Assembly (NCBI GenBank): GCA_964658305.1
Contig: OZ210885.1
Span: 23,436,001 to 23,500,000, forward strand
Direction: 5' to 3'
Source: Leptogorgia sarmentosa
Lineage: Eukaryota
DNA: 64,000 nucleotides
The number at the start of each line of letters is the position of its first letter. The stretch's first letter is position 1. Below, one piece after another: positions 1 through 12,449 of the stretch. A program made the position numbers and the translations under genes. The notes beneath the pieces were generated by a model. That model was not told the origin of the DNA. It did not search any database and saw nothing but the letters and a program-made list of their open reading frames with translations.

Positions 1-941
1 AATCGTTCAATGTCTCTCAGTTGTTGTTCAGAAGCAAGGAAAACAATCGGCTCTGGAAACAACGGAATCTCCCTAATGAACACATTTTCAACCCGTCCTC
101 TTTCGCCTTCGTGACAACTTGCAACAATGGGTCATGGGTTGGTACTGTTGTCTTGGACCTCTGTATCTTTAGTCTCCTATTGACATTATAAACCTGGTTG
201 CGATTGCGAGGAAATTCACCAGACTGCCTGATATTCTGTATACCACCCCTCTCCTTAATAATTTCATGGGATGCCTCTCGTGGTGGAAACTGCAACAGCT
301 TTTCCGCAATCAGATCTTTCGTGCTTTTCATCGTCCTCTTATATCCCGTTTTTCCCAAAGCTTTTTTTACTGTTCCCATGAGCTTTAACGTGAACCTCTT
401 GTTCTCATTCTTCAAAAATGTACTGAATGAAGCATAAATCTTCGGGGACACTGGAAATCATATTTCGGGCCATGATAATAATTTTCCGAAGTGATGGCAA
501 ACTTTTGTTTTTAAAGAATTGACGGCTGAGTTCGTATTGAGGATTGTCAGCCAAATCATCTTCCCGGTGTACCGCTCCCGTGTCGTCTAATGAGTAACCA
601 AACTTTTTGGTTCTGGTATAATGCCATGCACCAAGATCGTCACACTGAACATCTTGATCATGATGAAGCTTGGTTGTATCAATAATGAACGAAGTGTTTT
701 TACTCACGTTTGTTGGAACTTTTGTGGCTACCCTGGCTTCATCAACATTCCCTCCCAGAAGTATTGTTGCTATTTCATCTGTCGATACGACTTTTGATAG
801 TCCCCACCGGTATACAGGAAGGGCAGGATCATCGTCATACAGCTGTGGTGCTGTGATACCCACATCGTATGAATCGTCGTTTTCATCTCCACTCGATCCA
901 TAAATCAAATCTTCGTACGGGCTGGCAGTTTTTCTTAACAT
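1..941 (-). pseudogene. N-terminal/central part of a Mutator (MULE)-like transposase, frameshifted, running off the window start
   Basis: ORFs 405..941 and 17..451 join by frameshifts to give ...CDDLGAW...AHGNSKK...YKRT...PRNRNQVYN...FIREIPLFPEPIVFLASEQQLRDIER. I associate this motif order with invertebrate MULE-like transposases just upstream of the DDE domain; the DDE domain itself is outside the window. Confidence 0.5.
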
Positions 942-1084
942 GCAAGTTTAACTCAACAAGCTCTGTTTTGCTAAGCATATACACACTGTGCACACACAAG
1001 TAATCTTTGTACAGTTGTCAAGTTTGCCACGAAGGCCATGTACAACAACAAACAAAACATTATCCAACATAGTTTTTAAACGGG

Positions 1085-1340
1085 GCCAACATTAATATGA
1101 ATCATCATGCTTTGAACAGAGATGACGGCAGTTATTTACCACAGGAGTATCTCCATTAGATGACGTTGTTGGCAGATGATGTCATCTCTTGAGTATATAA
1201 GAAGCTGCGTTGTAACCTTAGATCACCCGTGATGAAGACACTAGACCTGAGTGTCGAAACGTTGGATCGTGAATACACCTCGAGGAAGCTCTGTATTCAA
1301 TTATACAGACCAGAGCAGCCAGCAAGATGAGTGATATTAT
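1085..1340 (+). mobile_element. 5'-truncated Penelope-like element (GIY-YIG C-terminus plus pseudo-LTR)
   Basis: 1085-1159 translates ANINMNHHALNRDDGSYLPQEYLH*, with the LNRDxG motif that ends Penelope GIY-YIG endonucleases. It is followed by TATATAA (~1194) and a hammerhead-like motif. The right boundary is approximate. Confidence 0.7.
1223..1272 (+). ncRNA. Minimal type-I hammerhead ribozyme-like motif (variant core)
   Basis: The sequence reads tcac-cc-cGTGATGA-a-GACACT-agacctg-AGTGTC-GAAACGTT-gg-atc-gtga. It has a perfect 6-bp stem II, GAAA followed by a palindromic ACGT stem III, and a bulged stem I. The core reads GUGAUGA rather than CUGAUGA. Confidence 0.6.
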
Positions 1341-2512
1341 ACCTAGTTGCCTTGAACGAACTAACTTTAGGACATAATATTAATTCCGTCCCCCCCCCCC
1401 TCCCCCTAATTACTGGTTTAGCTTCTCCCCTGCCTTATTAGGGAATATATCTCATATATACCTTCCAGACTGTCTTCCTGAACTTGATCGTGTACAGGTG
1501 AACTTGATTCTGATCTGCTCCTCCGTTCCTCCTTCACAAATATCAAACCAACATCCTCCACACCAGGTTTTACACATACGATCTCAAGACCATCTGTTTC
1601 GAGAAGTTTTTTTCGCTTTTTTTGGAAACCATGTTTTTCAATATATTCTGAAAATTTAAGAAAACTGTATTTATTGGCATGCCAGAAACACACCCAATTA
1701 TGAGTGAAGTGCACTAAGATGTTATATATATGCTATTTACTGTAGGTTATAGGAAATTGTGTAAGCCTTTTCCAGGTATCTATGCATGGAAAACCTCGCT
1801 TATAAAATGGCCTGTTTCCGCAATATAGAAGCATGTTCAAATGTGCACAAAATTCACGAACGACTACTATACTTAGGATTGATCTAGAGCAAGAAATGTG
1901 TTGCTAAATAGCTCTTGGCTTTTTATACACCCTGTGGCATAGATCAATAACTGGGGAGGATTTATGATTCACATTTACATGTATGTGTAATACCTTGTCC
2001 ATCCGAACAGTCATCCGCAGTGTATAGGTCCTGACTTTGTCCATTTCTTTCGTCATTTGTTGTCAACTAATTTTAAAATAAAAATATACTGTATATCATG
2101 AATCCCTATCAACTACAGATGCTAGATTTAGACAGGCAAAACGAAATCATAACAGTTTGCTATTCTCTTGAAATAAAAAAGGATTGGGGGTCAGGATGGT
2201 TTTTAGTGGAATTTAAACTTGGAGAAACACATTTTATTTTTCTTTAAGAATTATTTAACATTCATGAGGGACTGGTGGGCAAATAAAGAGAAACATGAAA
2301 ACGGGGAAATTAGAAAATACAGTAAATGATAAGGTCTATTATCCCGTATAATGATACCTCCTCAATTATTTCACAGGAATTCTCCGAATTTGCACCCCGA
2401 CAGGTCATCTCTTCTGTAATTCCTTTTTCGTTGCCTGAATATAAACAAAGAGATTAAAACATATATATGCCTACAGGCCCACCACTACAAAACCTATTTG
2501 ATATTTCCCTAA

Positions 2513-3640
2513 CCTTGGAGTGGCTTAAACTAAGCTTTGCTTCGGATTTCTTTTCACTCCTGCCATCGTTGATCGCTGTAACAACCATTGGACAACAGAT
2601 CTACAGGATTTGTAACTACAATCTGGTGTTACCATTAGAACACCATTGCCATTTCCTCCAAGCTCTTCATTCACGGGGTGAGTGTCAACCAAAAAGAAAG
2701 CATTTTTGCAAATTCCAATAGTGAATATGTAAGGGCTGACGGTGTAAGCTCCCATGTATGCTTTACCCTGTGATGCCTGTGATGCTAAACTTTTACAATC
2801 TCTTCTCGTCCTGCTGTGGAAAATACTTTGCTCATGACTGATACACACTCTTCCAAAAGTTCATATTCCTCAGACAGTAAATTGTTTCTTGCGAGAATAG
2901 ACTGTGCTTCTTCGATATCGTACAACTTAGTGTGGCATCCCGGTGGCTGTTGACATGCGAGGGTAGTTTAAGGATTACATCCTCGACGACTTCACATACA
3001 TGTTCCCAGTCTGGTTGTTCAACAGTCGGTCAGAAATACCAAGAGAAAGAAATGCACAGGCATTGGTGGCATCGTTTGGAGGTGAAGTTAGTTCGGGTGC
3101 TGGTTGTAGCTCATTTCCTCCTAAATTTGCTGCAAGGAAGGCATCATACTGATCCAAGATCGTAGCTTGGCTGATTGTCAAGGGTAGGCAATGAAAACAG
3201 TCCAACAAGCTTTTCCAAAAAGTACACAGCATCTTTGCTGGGGAAGGTCTAGCCATTGCATCAAAATTAGCGCACTGATCGAAGACCTCTTTTTCACCGC
3301 TTCTTTGACATCTAAAACACCAGTTTGCTCGATTTCAGCTTGATATGGGCTACCAAGTTCTGGATTCATCATCGTATGCACTACTAGCCCCAAAGACCAC
3401 ATATCCGAGCGCTTGAGATCGTCCAGGCTGGCAAAGTCAAGTTGATTGAGTTGCATTTCTGGGGCCATGTATGCTGGAGTACCACAGTACATTGACGTTG
3501 TCTTGGACATAGTAACTGACTTGGTTTGTAAATCAATACTGCGACTAAGACCAAAGTCGGTTAGGCGACATACAATTGGACACTGTTCGTATGCTTTACC
3601 CATGGCAATCTCATCATGAGCAACATCTAAAAGGATTTAT
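2513..3640 (-). pseudogene. Ser/Thr protein kinase C-lobe followed by a putative papain-like Cys-protease domain, frameshifted
   Basis: Kinase subdomains VII-IX are visible: LTDFGLSRS, YCGTPAYMAPE, SDMWSLG (3178..3603). Downstream frames give TNACAFLSL ... FFLVDTH. A GT donor lies near 2513, followed by small AG/GT-bounded exons (~2357-2431, 1462-1664). Confidence 0.7.
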
Positions 3641-3990
3641 ATAGTCATGATACAGCCATATTTTGTTCTACGTTATGGAATAATTGTTGTCATCATTCGA
3701 AAGATAAACTTCAAAAATTTCAAAATCGCGCAGCAAGAATTATTGCCGGTGTAACTTTTGAAGTCAATTCGGCTGACGATTTTCACTCTCTTTGTTAGGA
3801 AGGAAGAAGAAATCGAAATAAATTAGTTTTAATGTTTACAATTCTGAAATGTTCCATTGTATTGAGCTTAAGCAAATCCTCCAACGTTGGCACAATTCAA
3901 GCAAACTATCATCTTAGCAATAGTCGCAAATGCGAGAAGAGAATCTGCTTAACTCCTGAATGACCGGCCTCTCAACATCACAATTTGCGC
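3630..3990 (+). mobile_element. Decayed 3' fragment of a non-LTR retrotransposon (CR1/L2-like RT C-terminus)
   Basis: Translates approximately IQPYF..CSTLWNNC....KDKLQKFQNRAARII, typical of the post-RT region of CR1/L2 ORF2. It truncates the kinase. Confidence 0.65.
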
Positions 3991-5431
3991 AGTGTACTTC
4001 GGTTTGAATATCTCCGCGAGCATTTTACCATTTATACCACACAATACATCATTCGAAAGCCTATAATACAGGCTATCGAATGGAAATGGTTAATTTCACT
4101 TGTTGTACACCATGTCACCAAAATTGTGGCAAAAAATGTTGCGATTTTTTTAAAATTTTGCTTAGTTATGCCAAAACATGTCAACTTCATCAATATTATG
4201 AAAATTTAGCATTGTTTATGTAGCATGTGTGTGCCAAGTCTCATAATAATTGGCTAAAAGGAAGCATGTTTTTTTATTGTTTGAAATTCACCCTCCAAAA
4301 GTAGCGAAGTCTTGTCTAATGTTCCTGTTCCATGTGCATGGCACAAATTTTGCCGCAAATCAATGAAATTCAAGCTTCTGGGGCATTACATCATTCCGAA
4401 TCGTTTCCCGAGGCCTTTAGGTCCGTAGGGTCAAAGCATCCTACGATTTTGTGCCCCCAAAGAATGCCGGCGGGTTACGACTGCGTCGCGATGCACGCGC
4501 TTTTCCAAAAATGTCCATAAAAGTATTTGTTTATGTGGTAATAACACGAAATTTGAGATAAATATAGTTTTCAATATGAGGATTCCATTTTTTTTGTAAA
4601 TAACTATTCTTCTTTCCATATTCGACGCCCGCCCGCCCACCCCCACCCCATGAAAACTATGGCGGTGAGATGGGAGCGATTGCAGAATACCCGTCCATTT
4701 TCAAAGACACTCTAGAAATCGATGTGGCTACGCAGTGAATTTTTAGAAGGAGGCAAAGTATATGACGCAAGCTGATATTACTAGCTATATTAATTCTAAT
4801 TCTAACGTGAACCCAAATCCTACCCGACATTTGATTTAATATGCGATTACGATTTATGCGATGAAGTAATGATATGCTAGGTATATTTTTCAGTGGCTAC
4901 GTGGCAACGCAGTGAAAGTTGCGATGACGTAATGATATGCTAGGTATATTTTTCAGTGGCTACGCGGTTAAGTGGCAACGCAGTGAAAGTTGCGCTATAT
5001 GATATAATCGACGCAGTGTTAGCTTGGGTGCAGCTGTTTTTATTTCCGGAGGTGAAATAGTGTAAGGTGTTACAATATGACATAGTGACTTTGCATATTC
5101 TTTTAGCTTCTGTAAACTGTAATGTATAAACTAACAGCTATAGACTTAGCCGGAAAAATTTAGCCCTAAGTTTGCATTGTGTATTGTCGAAAAATTATAT
5201 TAGGTTCGGCTCATGAGTAGAGTGGTGTATAACTTTTCTATGCTTGCATGTAACTCGATTGAGCTTTGATTTAGCTATAGTAACTACAAACAATGAATTG
5301 GTTTCGGTTGAGTTGCCTTTTGTTTTGTTTTGTTTCATTTTTGGTTAACATCGATAAAGTTCTATTATAGGAAGCGTGTATACAGTGTAGTATGTCATAA
5401 TTTCATAAATAATAAATGCTTCTTTCTTTCG

Positions 5432-5504
5432 TGTTTTACAAGTCCATGTTTTACAAGTCCATGTTTTACAAGTCCAGTCCATGAGTCCATGTTTTACAAC
5501 ATGC
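5432..5504. repeat. Short tandem repeat (TGTTTTACAAGTCCA)x3 plus variants; possible transposon subterminal repeat
   Basis: A 15-bp unit is directly visible. It sits at the junction with the truncated DIRS 3' region. Confidence 0.6.
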
Positions 5505-5879
5505 TGTTTATTGCAACAAATAAAAACAACTTCTGACACTGAATACTCTTGTGGGACTTGCCATGGTGCAATCTGCAAGGGGAGGAAACAATGTATGTCA
5601 ACCAAACATAGATCCTTGTGAGAGTAAAGAATGATGCAAATAGAACCATCATTAGAACACCAAACACACTGGCAATGCAGTAATGTCAAGCAAGAGGGAG
5701 GGAAGGAAGGAAGAGAAATTAGTGAATTCTTCGTGCAACAATAGGATTCTGATTGTACTTCAGCTAGTTTGTAGCCTAGCACAATCTTCAATTCTATAAC
5801 ATGTTGCACTCAGAATTGACTAATTGGTCTTGTTCAAGGCTCCTGACCTGTGACAGGACTGCTCTGCCGAAGGAGCTAC

Positions 5880-8110
5880 AATGAGTCTGTCGGTAGTAAA
5901 AACAGTTGAAGGTGGTCTCCTTGGACCAATCTGCAGCATTTAGAATGTCCTGAATGGATACCCATATCTCATAGCAGTCGACGTTCAGGCACTTCTTGTG
6001 GAGTGGGGCTTGAAGATATTAGTGTCCACTCCAGCCTCTTGGAGGACGTCATAGAAGCAGATGAGACAGGTGTGAAGGGTTTCTGCATTGATCAGAACAA
6101 GGACTGACTGTCACGGTCTTTCAGCCGGCGAATTTGTGTTCGTCTGAGGTATTCCTTTAAGCATAACGCAGGACAGAGCTTGGGCGTGCCTTGAAGTGCT
6201 GGAAAGAAAAAGACAACTTCCTTGCCCGGACCTCTAGTTTTTGTATCTGCGTGACGTAGTGACGCAGATATATTGCTATTGTGTTGTAACTGTAAATGTA
6301 ACTGTAACCGTGCTTGCAGCCAATCAGAGCTTCGTGCTGTTAGCTTGTACCCAATCAGAGCTTCGTGCTGTTAGCTTGTACCCAATCAGAGCTTCGTGCT
6401 GTTAGCTTGTACCCAATCAGAGCAGAGCTTTTCGCATGTCGATTCTGAATTCTGATGTCCCGCCATTTGCAAATACTCTGAACTTCGAAGCATGCTTGGT
6501 AAATCGTTTAAAATATTGTACTTTTTTCTCATTTCTATCCTACTTTTGTCGCCATTTTATACGGATACCTATGTTGATCTGGTAAGTGTAAACAAGACAG
6601 AATTACAGCAGGTTTTACGGGTTGTTTGGATATCAAAAATAGGATAGAAATGAGACACTGCGTGCCGCAGATTTATACGCAGATACGCAAAAATATCAGG
6701 ATGCAAATCATACATTGGCATTGCTTTTAAAGATATTAAAGAGGTTTGCTATGGAATTTAGATCATCAAAGCAGAAATATGACATGTATTACCTTAAACA
6801 CACACAGCGAAATGAGCGAATATTATACACGTTATGATTGAAAGAGGTTTATGTCTTGACAAAATTGCTCGTATATTTTTCCCTACGATACTTTAGCGTG
6901 TCGGCACTGACACAGTGGCACATTTGTACATGTTTGGACTGCACGCGTTGTCATTGTGATCACGGAATATCTATTATATTTTGACGCTTCGCCATACAGA
7001 ATGGTTGAAACATTCAATACCAGGAAAATAGATTTTGTAGCTTGTAATGAAACGTGTTTGTTAAGCGCGAGACAAAACAAACGAAATCATATATAGTTTC
7101 AAGTATTCTGTTTTGCACTTATGCGCATACCGATCATACACTTGAGCGTCTAGGCAAATGCTGCATGAACGGATAGAATATAGTGCATATAAATATATTA
7201 TTATAATATGGTTGTGAAAAGAGTAAATTTGGTTTTTTGAAAGCCACATTTTTCACAAACAATCGCAAAGCGCTGTCTATATTTTAAGGACGCAATAGCA
7301 TAAAATGCGATATCATATTTCGTCAAGTTTAAATTCATTATGCAATTTGATATGATCGCTCGAATTCCAGAATGCGAGATAGTCATGAAAGCTTATATCA
7401 AGTATTGAATACGTCTCACGTCTTAACCATACACAACCTCATGTCTTAAAAGAAATAAGTATTTGCGCTATTCGCCTATTCCCTAGCAGTAAGTCATTTC
7501 ATACAAGATCGCGTATTAGGGACAGGTGAGATGCGTGTATGGAAAAGCTGAAAACAAATAAGACTTGATCATCGCTGGTAACCAAGCTACATAGGCGCAG
7601 ATACATGTACACTTGTGTACCTATTTTTGTTAAACCTGGGATCTTAAACTCAACCCCTTCTGGTAAGGATCTCATTAATGTCAGATCTATTGCACGAAGA
7701 TCCGACTGGCGTTTAGCACTTGTCAGGGCAAGAAGCATAGCACATTTCCTAGATAATTGTTTAATATCAAGGGAGCTATTGTCGTGTAAATTCTCAAACA
7801 ATTGGGTAACCTTGGCAACATCCCAAGTCTGAGAGTACCGAGGCTTAGAGGGTCTTTTGTTAAACACTCCTTTCATAAATCTACAGATTAGCTTATGTTG
7901 ATGAACTGGTACACCTTCTGCATGGGGTACTGTAGAGCTGATAGCAGATCTATAGGTGTTAATAGTAGCATATTGCTTACCCTGGTCAAAAAAACTGAGG
8001 ACATCCTTCACAGATGGTCGAAAGGAATCAAATTGCTGTTTGACACACCAGCCATCCCAGTTGGCCCAACATGAGTACAGTACAACTTGTACTGTTGTAC
8101 TGAGCTCTTC
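5880..8110 (-). pseudogene. DIRS tyrosine recombinase split by the HINE insertion
   Basis: ORF 7499..8011 gives YRSAISS...FMKGVFNKRP...WDV...LLALTSAKRQSDL...PGLTK. It resumes TRG... at 6240 and includes AGVDTNIFKPHSTRSA (HxxR box). Confidence 0.85.
6241..7628 (+). mobile_element. Non-autonomous Helentron-associated element (HINE/DINE-1-like)
   Basis: Inserted in a T-run (tagTTTTT|gttaaa). It has a 5' subTIR GTATCTGCG (6243-6251) with a nearby IR (6263-6271), a (TGTAAC)-like microsatellite and a 31-bp tandem repeat x3 (6320-6423). The 3' end has subTIR CGCAGATAC (7596-7604), hairpin GTACAC-tt-GTGTAC (7607-7620) and terminal Ts. Confidence 0.8.
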
Positions 8111-8111
8111 T

Positions 8112-9143
8112 TTAAGGTCTCTGTGCAGAGAGCAGAAAGTCTGTAGTGTTCTCTGATATTCCTTCTGATGAATAATAACACCTGAGACTCTCCACCCTGC
8201 CAGTACTAATGAACTGTTTAGGACTAGCGGGTGCCTGTTGCCTTTGTAGGTCTTTTAGCAGGTCCAGGTGATATGAAAGGAGGATTGGGTTGCACACTAG
8301 CAGGCTTAGGAGGGGCAGGTACCACGGCTGAGCAGGCCAGATTGGGCATATTAGAAGTAGTGATGCCCCCTTGTTGCATATTTTCTTTAGACATTTACTG
8401 ATGATGTTCATAGGGGGGGGGGGCGCATAAACATTCTCACCTCTCCAGGGTTGAACAAGGGCATCGTACTGTTGTGCGTCTGGGTCTGGAAGGTAACTGT
8501 AAAACCAATCTATCTGAGCAATGTTCCTGTTGGCAAAAAGATCTATCGTAAATGGAGCAAAAGTTAGATTTAGGGTCCGAAACAGCCTTATATCCTTGAA
8601 AACCATTGCTGCTGATGTGAGGCCAAAGATTCTCAGGCCCATTCTCCTCATGTGAGCGGTAAGGGTTTCAAGAGCTTGATGAAAACCCTTGGTGCTGATG
8701 TGAGGCCAAATGGAAGGCACCTGAATTGGAATGTGGTTCCCCGATGCTGGAAGCATAGGAACCTCCGGTGTGGCTGCAAAATGGGGACCGCGAAATACAC
8801 ATCTCTCAGGTCTATTTTGCACAAAAAATCTTGGGGCTGCGGGAGATCCCCTGCAACTTTCAGGTCCTTCATCTTGAAGTGTTGATGTACAATGAAATTG
8901 TTCAAGGGTGACAGGTTTATCACTGGATGCTGTCCCCCCCCCCTTCTTTTCTACTAAAAAGAGATTGCTGCAAAAACGTGTCCTGTGTGGACGAACCTTT
9001 TGTATGGCTTGTTGTTCTAACAAGCTGGCAATCACGTCCTCTATTAAGGACAACTCAGTGGCACTTAGACGAGGGGCAGTTGGTAACTTGTGTCGAGTGG
9101 GAGTCCCTGTGAACTCTAGCATGTAACCCTTGACAGCGTTCAA
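8112..9143 (-). pseudogene. DIRS RT (partial) and DNA-methyltransferase-like domain, deleted and frameshifted
   Basis: RT motifs: FCSNLFLVEKKGGG, KIDLRDVYFAVP, LPFGLTSAPRVF. MT-like motifs: IDLFAN...YAPPP...WPAQPWY. The YxDD/RNaseH region is largely deleted. Confidence 0.85.
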
Positions 9144-10699
9144 GGTTCAACGAGGTTAGGAGCTCCCAATTTCTCAGAAAATGTTTGAGCCTCCCTGCCC
9201 TTGGGACATCTAAATGAGGGGAGAGAAATAAATGGAAGTAGAGGGTGATTTACCTTTGTTGAGACTGAAAGTAGTTCTTTTGGTCTTGTGGGTGAAAGTT
9301 TTGCCTCCACCTTTCCCTCCAGGTGTGGCTTCCCCTGAGGGGGGCCCCTCCGAAAATACTGGTTGTCCTCCTATTCCTCTTCTGGACATTCTGATATTTA
9401 GAGTGGTTGGAAAGTGTCTGTTTGCCCTGCAAGAGAACTAACCAACTATCCAGTTCAGGCACACCAAAGCTGGCACGCTCGGTTTTGGAAAGTGTTCGAC
9501 CACACAAAGAGTGATCTTTGTCTTCCATACAAGATCGGAAATAATATACAATGTGTATAAAAAAAATTCGAATCCAACTTTGGTGTGTAATAACGCAGAA
9601 TATATTTGACAAATACGGTTGGTTTGTATATATTTCTTTAGTACGTTTATTTAGCTTTCAAATGACATGACAATCTTGTATGCATCCATTTGGTTGGAAA
9701 ATGAAGGAGTATAGGTTTGAGGAAAAAAGTTCATGAACATCACAATTTTCTGCCGATGGGAATTGCGCATTGTTCCTTCGATGGGTGATCCAATAAGCCT
9801 TTGAAATACTGATCATCGATAAAATGCAATTTTAAACGCAAGCTTCTTGACTTGAAGGCATTGGAGCTTAAATTTGCATTTCCTTTTGTTGCACCTCTCG
9901 CTTTGAATTCCCACCGGCGGAAATATTTGATTTCGAGGAACCATTTTTCACAGACAACTACTCGGTCAGTTTTGGTCGTACAGATACAAGAACGATATAA
10001 TTGGAAACCTGATAGACCATTCTTCATTTCCATATACAATTATTTCGGTTACTTTAGTATTTCATAAACAGCAGCCTGTCAAAGTTGGATTCAAATTTTT
10101 TTGATACACACTGTATAGAGCAATTCCTGAAGATCTTTATCAATGTTCCACATGCAGTATTTACTGTTCATATTCCCGGGATGTCATCCACAACTGACAC
10201 CTTTGAGGAGTGTCTCTTTGCTTCTTGTTGTGCCGCCAAAAGTGCAGCAGCAAACAGGTCATTGATCTGATCAGCACTTTTGGCGAATTTACGTTTCAGT
10301 TCAGAAGGAGGACCTTGAGCCCCTAGGCTCAAGACACTAGCCTGATAGGATCGCTTACGATCTTTGTGTTTGTTTGAGGTTGGCTGTGAAAAGCCGTTCA
10401 TTGAGAAACGCTCCACTTCCAAGCCGGCTTGCTCATCAACGGATGGTTGCTTTTCGCCTTCTGACGAGTCCGGTGGGGAGTCAGGTGGAACATCATTATC
10501 TACAGAGCCTGTAGGCTCGGAATGTTGATCATCTTACATAGGAAATCAAAGATTTGTCAGGCAAACTTTAAACACAACTACACTATGTAGGTTGCATGGC
10601 CTTATGAGACTCAGATTTCCATATATGGTCAAGATGACCATATTTAAGTCGCTAGTTTTGCACCTTTATAATAATTCAATTATTATTTAAGCTTTAAAC

Positions 10700-11977
10700 A
10701 ACAGGTGGGAAATTTGTTGGCGCTGACCAAAAAATCGCGGGCACATGGTGTTTACATTCCAAAACATGGCAGAAAGTTAGCAAACGACTGTTTTAGCTGA
10801 CGAATTTTTGCTTTTTATTCAAATGATGTCTAACTTAGTGCTTAATCTTTTAAAATCGATGATGCGGTGGTTTTTTTTGCAATCGAGTGCGTGGAAGAAG
10901 TAAGTATGGCGACGTTAAAATAGGAGCAAATGAGTGGCAAATACCGTAAATGTCAAGATGTGGCTTGTTTAAACCGTAATCAACGAGGAAAACGTGCTAT
11001 GAGAATGAAATGAAAGTTGAAATTATTCTTTTTATTTCTCAAATTACCCATAATTTGTTTGTTAGTGTAACTTGTGCGATTTATACTCGAAGTACTAGCT
11101 CGCGAAATTTGACGAATTTTGAAAATTTGTGAAAATAGCTTGACTTTGAACTGTATTTTTGTAAAAATCGCCGGTGGCCTCAATTTCAAATATAGCTAAA
11201 TGAAAAGTAACACTTCTTTGGCGTTTAGTGGTACCAAACCTATCAACAGGAAAATAGGGCCTCATGATGCTTTAGTTAAGTGTTTTAGACCCACTTGCTT
11301 CACACGTATTGTGGTCAAATTCTGGCCAAGAATCAAAGACCCAAAAGTTAATTTACATCATCAAATCTGCTTCGAGAAAGGTCTAGTTTAAAAATATAGC
11401 TTTTAATTTAGATTTCGTGAGCGTAATTTGGTTAGAAATGAAATATTTTTGTATTTGATGGGATTCAAAATTTTGGGTTTATTCAAGTCAGGCTTCAGTG
11501 TAATTATAATGATAACCGGCAATGAAATGAAGATATTTCAAAAACTGGCGGTGGCCTCACGATGAAACATTCCAAAAATACTCTCCACTTCATGTATTTT
11601 CTTGTGATACTTTACTTGTAAGCGTCAAAATAGGGCCTTGAACAGTCCCGGGGTTTGTATTTTAGCCTTCGGTAGAAGTGAAATCTCACGCCTCATCACA
11701 AGTTATTTTGCTCCGCCGTGATTTGTGCTCTGTCGCTGATATTTAAACCTTTACGACATAAATATTGTCATCCTCGTTACGATACGAACATTTCACAGAA
11801 AATTCTAATTATTGCAGATTAACTTGTGACTGCAAACAGTAGGTAGAAGTATGCCATTCAGAATCGACACAAGATTTGTTTTGATTGTTCGTAAAATGTA
11901 CATTTCTTCTTCCCGCAAAATACATGCAAGTCTCGTGGGGATTTCCCGCGCATGCTCAGTCAATTTTCCCACCTGTT
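10700..11977. mobile_element. Non-autonomous TIR DNA transposon (MITE), copy 1, with a 9-bp TSD
   Basis: TIR AACAGGTGGGAAA...TTTCCCACCTGTT; TSD GCTTTAAAC at 10691-10699 and 11978-11986; near-identical to 60677-61967. Confidence 0.92.
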
Positions 11978-12449
11978 GCTTTAAACACTCAGTAGTTTCC
12001 TATATTTTATGGCCAAGACCAATTAGTGAATTCTGAGTGCAACATGTTATAGAATGAATCTTGCATAGTCTTTATGCCAAATTTCACAGTACTCTAAAAT
12101 GTCATTGTAACTGAAAAGGTGCTCACAGTTATCCACAATTTGTTGGACATGGAAAATGTTAAACTCTGTTTGAGAACATTCTGTTTCCCATCAATTTCAC
12201 TGGAAACCACTGGACGCTACTGGTTAGTATTTAAATCTTTCCTGGTATTAACATGGATTAATTTCATTTGTAATTTGTTATCACCGTTCTGAGTGACATT
12301 TCAAGTAAAACCATAACTACTGTTACAAAATGTATACCAGGTTTTCGACAAAGATTCGAAAAGACCCCAACAAACCCAGAAGGGTGATACCCTTATCTAC
12401 CCCTTAATAAAGATATAAATGTAAAGGCACACATAGGCATGGCGAACTA

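Larger units (their letters stand above)
5700..12055 (-). mobile_element. Decayed DIRS1-type tyrosine-recombinase retrotransposon with three nested insertions
   Basis: Contains gag-like remnants (~9150-9530, ~10070-10540), RT/RNaseH/MT remnants (8112-9143) and YR remnants (5880-6240 plus 7629-8110). A 42-bp inverted match (1 mismatch) between 12014-12055 and 5791-5832 fits a terminus/ICR pair. The 3' boundary is uncertain. Confidence 0.8.

Noticed and set aside
10980..11391. Small ORFs conserved between the two MITE copies
   Set aside because: Conservation only reflects near-identical DNA; there is no recognisable domain.
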